A stretch of 64,000 bases of DNA from Patellaria atrata CBS 101060 (taxonomy: Eukaryota). The notes beneath the pieces were generated by a model. That model did not search any database. It was not told where the DNA came from and saw nothing but the letters and a program-made list of their open reading frames with translations. The position numbers and the translations under genes were made by a program. The stretch covers positions 124,001-188,000 of the forward strand of contig MU006100.1 in assembly GCA_010093705.1 (NCBI GenBank). The letters run 5' to 3'. Below, piece after piece: positions 60,826-64,000 of this stretch; position 1 is the first letter of the stretch, and each line of letters starts with the position of its first letter.

Positions 60826-62894
60826 CTACTCATCGTAAGTTAAGCGACGTCCACTGCGTAGTCCCATAAGTCTCTCCCGTTTCGCAGCGCGCGTCTCAAT
60901 CTCCCACTCAACACGCTCAGCAGTCCGTCTCCGCTTCAGCGCCGTCTCCGTTCCCTCGGCTCGTACGTCCGAAGCCTGAGACAGGCCTCCACTTTCCGCC
61001 GTCTCCGTCTCCACGGCCACCGACACGGTCTCCGTTCCCCCGGCTCGTACGTCCGAGGCCTGAGCCATGCCGGTGCCTCCCACCTCCTCCGCCGTCTCCG
61101 TCTCCTCAGCAAGCAGGGTCTCCACAACCTCATGCACGGTCTCCGTCCCCCCGGCTCCTACGTCCGGGGCCTGAGACACGCGTCCAGGCGCTTCGCCCTC
61201 GCCGACCGCGCTCTCCGTTCCCTCGGCTCCTGCGTCCGAGGCCTGAGAGGCGCGACGGGTCTCCGCTCCGCCCGCCACCGACGCGGACTCCGTTCCCTCG
61301 GCTCTTACGTCCGAGGCCGCGGTCGCGGCGGCGCGGCGGTCGCGGGAGGGAAAGGCCCGGTTGCGCTTGTGTTTCGGCTTTGGTGGGGCTGGTGGGGTGT
61401 TAGTTTATGTTCCGTTCTGGTGTATTTTTTTGTTTGTGGGGGGATTGCGAGGGAGATTGGGTTTGGGTTTGGGTTTGGGTTTGGGGGGGGGGGGGGTTAT
61501 AAAAAGGGGGTGTGAGGTTTAAAAGGGGTATATGATATTAAGCTCGATATCATGACCACCTCCGACGGATTGACTAACCTATCTGTACATCAGGGCCTCC
61601 GTAAACTCTCGCCACGTTATCGGCTTCGAGCTGTACTAGTCCCTAACCGCTACAAACGCTTGCCGCGTTTCGTCTTGCGTTCCGGCGACGGAGGCGGAGA
61701 AACAAACTCCCAATCCGTCCACGCGCGGTACGTAACCTGCTGCCTTGCATTCTTCCCAACCAAGCCCTCGTACGGCGACACGCCCGGCAGTACGGGGAGA
61801 AGCGATGGAAGCGCTTGACCCACGTACGCCATCGGCGCCGTTCCGGCATCGGCGGGGTTTCGATCGACTGGGATGACGGGGAGATCCAGCGGGAGGGTGA
61901 GGAACTGACCTTGCGAACCGGGCAGCCTCCGGATGGCCACGAGGGACTCATCCTCAGGCTGCTGGGCCATGGGGAGCGGGAGATGCAGGAGCTCCCGGTC
62001 GACGTCCGCCATCGGGACCACCAGGTGCACCGGCTCCTGGCGCCTCGCCCTACCACCAGGACGCCCGGTAGGCTCCGTATTGACGTACGGAACGTTCCAG
62101 ACGCGCTGGGCGGGCGTCGGGCCAAGAGGGGCGGCGGCGGGAGGCGGCGGGTACGGGCTCATGTAGTTTCGGGGCTGTACGGGCGGAGGAGGAGGAGGAG
62201 ACTGGGCCGTGAGGATGGGGGCGCCGTAGGTGACTGGCACGACGCGGGAGCCGAAGGGAGGGTGGGGCGCGTACCATGCTGGGGGTGCCTGCATGGCGAG
62301 GCCGGGACGGGCGAGGCAGGACGGCGGGGAGCGGGCCGGGCCGGGAGCGCAGGGACGTACGGGCACCGGGTCCTGTGCGGGATACGCAGGCAGGACCATT
62401 TTCGGTGCTGGCGGCACCACGTACTGCTCCCGTTGCTGGAGGCCTGGGAGCGGATCTATTATCCTGAAGGCGTCCATACGCTGCTGTACAGAGGCACCAG
62501 CGGGGACAGCTGGTGCATGTACTGGAGAGGGTGAGGGTGGGAGCTCCGGATCCGTCCCGTACCCTTCGCCGGTGTACCCGGCCTCTGCCATCGCCGCAGA
62601 AAAAAACCCTTCGAAATCGGGGTCGGGCTCATCCGCCCACTCCAATGGGGGAGAGCCCACGAGACTTGGCGAGCTCGACTCCTCGCCGCCTGCCGCCTCT
62701 CGTGATCTTGCCTCCTCGGCATCAAGCGTACGAGGAGGGTCCGACATATTGAGTGTCGGGAAGGCGGCAAGCGGCAAGGTTGGGTCGTACGGGGCATTGG
62801 GGTACGGCCTCCGGCCGCCGCGTTGACGCCTTGCCGGCGTCTCGTCCTCGTCCTCGTATCGAGCGGGAGGACGGATTTCCTTGCGAAGCTCCAT
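60826..62894 (-). CDS. Hypothetical Pro-rich protein with C-terminal SQASDVRAxGTET repeats; model exons 62894-61658 and 61388-60826
   Basis: 414-aa ORF starting MELRKEIRPPARYEDE. A phase-1 donor near its end (GTTTGT at 61657, or GCAAGC at 61663) and a CTAAC...CAG acceptor at 61389 join it in frame to the repeat ORF. Confidence 0.6.
60941..61321 (-). repeat. Five ~42-bp coding repeats with variable spacers
   Basis: Copies start at 60941, 61025, 61136, 61208 and 61283; periods 84, 111, 72 and 75 bp are all multiples of 3. Confidence 0.9.
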
Positions 62895-62921
62895 TATGAG
62901 CTTCGGTGAGATGTTATGTTG

Positions 62922-63069
62922 CTGGAGGACAGTGAGAAAACGTTAGCATTGAGGTAGCCAAATCTCGAGGTTGAATGTCAGATGTGAGATTTGATCTCGA
63001 GACTTTCCAGCTCGATCGGAAGAAAGAGACGCGTCTTGATACCAGAAGCAAAAGATAAAGCTTGCTTAC
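62922..63069 (-). other. Putative 5'-UTR intron of the 62894 gene
   Basis: GTAAGC donor at 63069, GCTAAC branch near 62945, pyrimidine tract and CAG acceptor at 62922, 28 nt upstream of the ATG. Confidence 0.6.
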
Positions 63070-64000
63070 TCTGTGGATGAGGAGCAAAACCTCAAGAAAG
63101 ATTGAGGTTGGGGTTGTCCGGGCGTGAGGTCGGGAGTGAGATGTTGTTGTTGAGAGGAGGAGCAGGTTGGAAGGAAATATTTACGTTGACGTTAGCGGCC
63201 AGATATCAACAAACGAGAGGGGAAGAAACGTCATTTTTTGACGCTCGGGTGACTGTTTGAGGAGTGTGACTCTCGTAAACCGTTTGCACGTGAAGGGGTG
63301 AATCTCTGTGAATTGGCGTTTAGGTGAATGTGGTGAGTGACTAAATTCACGTGAATGATAACCAAACTGATACAGGACAGTGGAGGATATGAGAGAAATT
63401 GGGCAGACCAAGTACGATGTACTACTATCCATGACATCTTAGAAATTTTCCTTCTCCAACATGATCTGGATGTTGTTGTACCCAATCTGATATAGGGGTA
63501 GTCCTCACATACTTTACGCTTATGAACAAAGAAGACCTTCGACTTTCACTATGCAGTTAAGTGAAAGTTTGAAAAGAGTTAGACTGTACAATATGTAACA
63601 TATACAGCAGGTTTACCGTAGTCAAGGAAATATTGGGCCGTAGAAAGGGGAAGATGATACATTACTTGCAAATTCAAAGTTATGTTTCCAACGAATTTGG
63701 CAGAGACTACTTTGAAAATAGCAAATGAAATAACCTCACACCGTCAACAGATCCAGTACGCCGTCGAAATATGATTGATTCATAGACAATTGAGCTAGAA
63801 GTACTCCCTGTACGCCATATATCCTCAATTGAAAGTTTATCCGAATCCCAATTCCACCCATGCTAAGATTCAAAGCAATCGGGTATCGTAAGACATATCC
63901 TCCAGCGCCGGACAAACTCCTAGAAATCTATCACAAACCTTATCAGAAGTCCATAGAATCCACATCCATCTGGCCGAATGGGGTAAACTGCCGACGATCT

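Noticed and set aside
60941..61321. CRISPR-like repeat-spacer pattern
   Set aside because: Eukaryotic context and no cas genes; repeats are degenerate, spacers vary from 30 to 69 bp, resemble each other and preserve reading frame, so this is a coding repeat.
61643..62826. Several overlapping long ORFs on both strands
   Set aside because: Expected shadows of a very GC-rich coding sequence with few stop codons.

Overview
Eukaryotic nuclear DNA from a filamentous ascomycete (Pezizomycotina; short GT-AG introns with CTRAC/CTAAT branch sites; class not determinable with certainty). The first ~27 kb is gene-dense. It holds a GPI-type cell-wall protein, an SDT1/PHM8-type pyrimidine 5'-nucleotidase, a Pro-rich hypothetical protein, a multi-KH RNA-binding protein, the GATA factor areB/asd-4, type II PI4-kinase LSB6, a Rad5/HLTF-like SNF2-RING helicase, MutL homologue PMS1 and a cupin. 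The remaining ~37 kb is gene-poor: only a Cmr1/Pig1-like C2H2+Zn2Cys6 transcription factor, a thiamine pyrophosphokinase and a GC-rich repeat-containing gene are recognisable. Main highlights: (1) areB shows three alternative in-frame N-termini, the longest starting at a GUG in strong context; (2) a dense stem-loop cluster at ~50.2-50.65 kb carries motifs resembling a group IE intron core although it is outside rDNA; (3) a melanin-regulator-like gene has no PKS or reductase neighbour; (4) the nucleotidase gene has a GC-AG intron and a 13-nt microexon. No tRNA, rRNA, CRISPR or intact transposon was recognised. Gene models were derived by eye and no database search was run.
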